DNA from: Parasitella parasitica NRRL 2501
Lineage: Eukaryota > Fungi > Mucoromycota
Assembly: GCA_025201805.1 (NCBI GenBank)
Contig: MU619252.1
Location: forward strand, 186,001-250,000
Direction: 5' to 3'
Length of the DNA: 64,000 nucleotides
In this document: positions 61,322 to 64,000 of the stretch, one piece after another
Layout: each line of letters begins with the position of its first letter
How positions within the stretch are numbered: position 1 is the first letter of the stretch
Notes under the pieces: generated by a model
Seen by the model: the letters and a program-made list of their open reading frames with translations, nothing else
Databases searched by the model: none
Told to the model about the DNA's origin: nothing
Made by a program: the position numbers and the translations under genes

Positions 61322-63005
61322 ATTACTCTCGCTTTTATCATATCATGAAAAAACCAAAAGTTGCATATTAAATTGGAAGGAATACATCATCTAGTCACAA
61401 TGATCACCAAATGAATATGAATGCGGATTGATTCAATGTGTTGGTACAGCATGGTTTGGGATTCGACTTAATCAACACTTTTGTAGCAGTATGTTTTTTG
61501 AGAAAGCTTTACGAAAACTTCATTTCCCTCGAGAATTCTGATCGTGTCTAAAGACGAGTTTATTGGATGGGCCATACCTCTCAAAGTGGATAAGAATCGG
61601 ATGTGTAACATTTCAGGTGCCAAATACATTTTTGTCGGCGATTGAAATATATATCTTCAAGATGAGTTCTTTTTTTCTCGATTTCAACATCATTGAGACA
61701 TTTAGCCTTTTATCGCAAGATTGTGGTACTAATTAGAGTCATATAGGTCAAAGATTTATCGAGAATTGCGCTAAAATTTACAGTAACTTATGGTTTCAAA
61801 TCACATTTTGACTATACTTTAATATGTACACGCAGCTGCATTTACATGCTCTTCTGCCATTCACATGAGGGTATTCGCTTGACTGGGATTTTGAAACACA
61901 ATTGTCTACTCTAATAAATGTCAGGTGTTGGGCGAAATCTTGTAATAGCATTATTAGTTACATCTTTTGTACCGTAGACATTGGTATTAATTTACTCAGC
62001 TTGTGTCTTTCTTTTAGTATTGCCTTCAGACTTCAATACAGGACTGATAAGCTCAGCAGGAATCGGTTGATAACTGTATTTGTAATATTAAAATTTGAAA
62101 TTGTAACTATAAAGCGTTTGTAAACAACCTATCACTATGTTTATTACAGTGGCTAGTGGGAGCGTCAAAATCTAGCTATTCATCTAGCTGTGTTCAGCTC
62201 TTTTGCATCACTGTTAAAACTAAATGGGCTGCAGTAACACAGACTTTGCTACTATTTGCACATGAAAGCAAAATTCCTATTGCACGTTTTAGTCTGAGAA
62301 TTACATTTGATGATCGAATATACTGATGTATAGATGGGAAAATCCAATTTGCACAAACAGATGATTTCAATTACCAAACTAAATTATTGTTTTTTTTGAC
62401 AAAAAAAGACACGTGTATGATGTCAAGCATTCAAAAGTTATCAACATTGATGTATACTTGTAAATCATCTGCATCTTGCATAATAAATGTTGTATTTAAA
62501 GATGTACAGACATTGACATGCCAGTAGAGAGTAAAAAAAATTAAACCCATCCGTATCTAAGCAACACATTAAAAATCGCATGCTATATAAACATTTAAGG
62601 CTCTGCCATTTGATCCGAGAGACGGAATATCGGAAGTGTTATTATAATAGCGCTAAAGTTAATTACAATAGCCTAAGTTAGATCAGCACAAGGATATAAT
62701 CTTTTGATTGAATTTATAAAGAATACAGTTCAATTATATAACGTCTTGATTATATTTTAAAAAAAAATCAATAAAAGATTAATTTTATTTGTTAGCTGTA
62801 AGATGAAACGTGTTTATGAGTGTGTCAATTCTTTCCAAAGAAGCGAGAAAAAAGTTGAATAATTAGAAAAAGAGTAATAGGAAGAGGCTAAGAAGTACAT
62901 TATAGGAAAACGAATAGCACATACACGAAATACATGAAGAAAATCAAAAAAGGGAATAAATAAATACAGGAAAGCGAAAAAAGAATCCATCTTCTAGCTT
63001 ATTTT

Positions 63006-64000
63006 TCAATGCTGTTGCTTTTTGGCAGGCTTTTCTTCCTTGATGCTAGATAATTATGTTATTTGAAAGATCAGTTTGCATAAAAAAAAAACACTTACTC
63101 TTCCTCATCCTCGTCATCGCTTCGGGTGTCTTCAGCGTTTTTGCCTTGTAAAACACGCATAATGACTCTGACAATCATAGCAAACCAATAAACCATGATC
63201 ACATTCAAAGATACAAACAAAAAGATGTAGATCTTTTGTGTAAAAGGTGTGAAATACTTTCCTTTTTCAGGCTCCCATTTCATGTCGAGGTATCTGGAAG
63301 GCTCAACTGTCGAATGCAGTTAGAGATCTGCCCCCTCCTTTCTTTAATTTATAAATAGATGTGAAAGCCTACCTGTAGTAGCCCAAATAATCATCGAAAA
63401 CAGCACATGCCTGGTAATAGGCCATGAAAGTGCAAATAATCCAAACGTAATATCGCAAGTGACAGATAATCCAATATATTTCAAAATCTTGGCAAGCTAT
63501 GAAAGTGATGAAGCGGAGATGAGACTCGTATCCATATATTTGATCCTCACTACTTACGGCAAGAAAGATGTCAGCAAGATCCATGCAACAGAGAACAGCA
63601 TTGCCAATACGAGTGAAATTGGTGTAGTAACTAGAGACAATCAATACAATCGTGATGATATGATGCATAAGCATGGCTATGTGATCTTTTCTTCTCTTTT
63701 CAATGTGGAGAGTGTACACTTGTTGTACCCAAAAAGCAAGTTGCATCAGGTAGTAGCTTTTCATCTGCTTCGAGATGAGGATGTGGGGATAGTCGATCCA
63801 ATACTGCGAGGTATTAAACCAATGAGGGCTATTGTACATGATTGCCATGCCAGCTGTCCAGAATACTGCATAATAGCTGAATGTCCAGGCCTGCTCAGCA
63901 AATCTTTCTCTCTTGGCAAAGGGTTTGATACTGAACAATCTTGCGATGGGATGAAACAAGAATTTCATCGCAGCAGCCCGCAGAAAGGTAAACGCCACAA
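63006..64000 (-). CDS. LAG1: Ceramide synthase (Lag1/Lac1, TLC domain); 5' part lies beyond the window
   Basis: RFAEQAW, EKRRKDHIAMLMHHIIT...MDLADIFL Lag1p motif and acidic DTRSDDE tail. Confidence 0.93.

Noticed and set aside
61440-61480. tRNA T-loop-like GATTCGA sequence
   Set aside because: No cloverleaf or acceptor stem could be built.

Overview
Intron-rich, AT-rich fungal genomic DNA, most consistent with a Mucorales (Mucoromycota) genome. The short GT-AG introns, the Tc1 transposase style and the PD-(D/E)XK gene family point this way; the assignment is an inference. Positions ~1-8800 form an accessory/repeat zone. It holds a TA-bounded, RNA-foldable 161-bp unit present three times with interspersed spacers, a degenerate gag-like remnant, an intact spliced restriction-endonuclease-fold (PD-(D/E)XK) gene and AT-rich transposon debris. 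The rest is a dense housekeeping block: Artemis, alpha/beta hydrolase, Abp2-like, KH-domain protein, calcineurin A, GPAT, RAD5, SAM50, NOP14, ATF/CREB bZIP, secreted metallophosphoesterase, GDA1, Rck2/Srk1 kinase, thioesterase, BORCS8-like, glyoxalase II, 2-Cys peroxiredoxin, KTI12, XPT1/HPT1-like PRTase, PTS2-bearing SDR, HIS3 and a partial LAG1/LAC1. A degenerate Tc1/mariner element appears as a ~1.36-kb inverted duplication around a 315-N gap between calcineurin A and GPAT. The best candidate for an undescribed system is the structured repeat-spacer array at 1-691, whose 3' domain resembles a Fanzor/OMEGA-type guide-RNA scaffold. That is a hypothesis only; no Fanzor ORF is visible in the window. 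Gene models were spliced by eye and family calls come from remembered motifs, not database searches.
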